A stretch of DNA of 61,381 nt, filler included, from Candidatus Coatesbacteria bacterium (lineage in GTDB: Bacteria > JAFGND01): NCBI GenBank assembly GCA_016927185.1. It is 3 parts of 3 records of this genome, joined end to end, with 100 filler letters (N's around TTAATTAATTAA, not from the genome) between each part and the next. Parts side by side here need not be neighbours in the genome. Positions count along the whole stretch, not along the records: positions 55,079 to 61,381 come from JAFGND010000068.1; 2 more parts are not named here. One strand, written 5' to 3'. A program made the translations under genes and the position numbers. The notes beneath the pieces were generated by a model that was not told where the DNA came from, searched no databases, and worked only from the letters and a program-made list of their open reading frames with translations. The number at the start of each line of letters is the position of its first letter. Within the stretch, counting starts at the first letter, position 1. Positions 60,528 to 61,381 of this stretch are shown piece by piece.

Positions 60528-61381
60528 TCCCTTCATTTTCAAAGAGTTGTTTCTTGAAACAACTTGGGCTTGCAATCAGCACTGCAAATATTGTTATATG
60601 GAAACAAATAAAAAATTATCCAAAAACGAGCTTTCAACTGAAGAATACAGAAAGCTTTTGAAATATCTTGCAGAGAAGTCAAATACATTGTTTCTTACAT
60701 TCACAGGAGGAGAATTCTTCTTAAGAAAAGACGCAATAGAACTTACTAGAATTGCATCGGAATTCAATTATTGTTTTTCCATTCTCTCTAATGGTATATT
60801 GATAGATGAAAAAATCGCTGATGCTCTTGCAGAGACAGTTCCGATGAAAATGAGATTTACTCTTTTTTCTTATATTCCAGAGCTACATGATGATTTTACA
60901 GGGATAAAAGGGAGTTTTAATAAAACAATCAATGCTATTAGATTAATGAGAGAAAGAGATATAACAACTCATATTTCCTATCCAATACTTAATATAACAA
61001 AAGAAATAGATTTCGATAAAATATGCGAATTCATGGACAATCTGGATGTCCAGTTTACATTAAGTACAACTATATTACCCCCAAGAAAAAGGGATGTAGA
61101 GCAAAGTGAAATATCATATTTTTCAGATTCTTCTGAGTTTTCAAAAATCACAAATGATATGAAAAAATATATAGAGAAAAATAGTGAGTATTATTCATCA
61201 GATATTGAACAACTAGATACATTGAAAGATAATGCTAAGAAAACTGGATTATACATTCCATGTAGTGCTGGAGTGAATTCACTTGCAGTGAATCCGTATG
61301 GTGATATTTCTCCCTGTGCAATGTTTTTTGATACGGTTGTTTTAGGGAATGTAAGGAATGACGATATTCTTGATATTTTTG
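60514..61381 (+). CDS. Radical SAM/SPASM protein, truncated by the window end (not in ORF track)
   Basis: MSEYNPF...CNQHCKYC, FTGGE, SNG, CSAGVNSLAVNPYGDISPC, GNV; overlaps the PqqD stop by 14 nt. Confidence 0.9.
   Translation, partial: MSEYNPFIFKELFLETTWACNQHCKYCYMETNKKLSKNELSTEEYRKLLKYLAEKSNTLFLTFTGGEFFLRKDAIELTRIASEFNYCFSILSNGILIDEKIADALAETVPMKMRFTLFSYIPELHDDFTGIKGSFNKTINAIRLMRERDITTHISYPILNITKEIDFDKICEFMDNLDVQFTLSTTILPPRKRDVEQSEISYFSDSSEFSKITNDMKKYIEKNSEYYSSDIEQLDTLKDNAKKTGLYIPCSAGVNSLAVNPYGDISPCAMFFDTVVLGNVRNDDILDIF

Overview
AT-rich bacterial draft or metagenome-assembled sequence. It is three separate contigs joined by artificial 100-nt N/TTAATTAATTAA spacers (23103-23202, 54979-55078), so adjacency across the spacers means nothing. 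Gene content suggests a diderm anaerobe (GT9 heptosyltransferase, Wza/SLBB, outer-membrane barrel, IorA, two Ptb, six radical SAM enzymes). Several secreted proteins end in T9SS/FlgD-like C-terminal domains, consistent with an FCB-related candidate lineage (inference). Contig 1: lipid kinase, YihY, degenerate GGDEF-ECF sigma-cystatin unit, orphan cheB, apt-iorA, B12 radical SAM-wzt, and an operon with a purD-purE fusion, amino-sugar genes, miaB and a TIGR01212-like radical SAM. Contig 2: histidine kinase, four CTD-bearing secreted proteins, a probable sigma54/enhancer-controlled SPFH operon, a uxs-wza-wzz-rSAM/SPASM-NTP transferase-metK operon, tandem ptb, NYN, a pseudokinase, mscL and tandem CxxC lipoproteins. 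Contig 3: papain-like protease, sugar ABC permeases and the start of a RiPP-like cassette (nucleotidyltransferase, HprK-like kinase, PqqD/RRE, rSAM/SPASM; the last gene is missing from the ORF track). Strongest non-obvious signals: (i) about ten genes start 30-33 nt after a TTGAC hexamer with no clear Shine-Dalgarno or -10 box, implying -35-dominated promoters and leaderless mRNAs; (ii) a sigma54 promoter with three 16-bp enhancer-like boxes and an SD-ATG-TAG start-stop element; (iii) the RiPP-like cassette plus a related maturase-type rSAM embedded in a surface-polysaccharide operon. No rRNA, tRNA, CRISPR array or mobile element was recognised.
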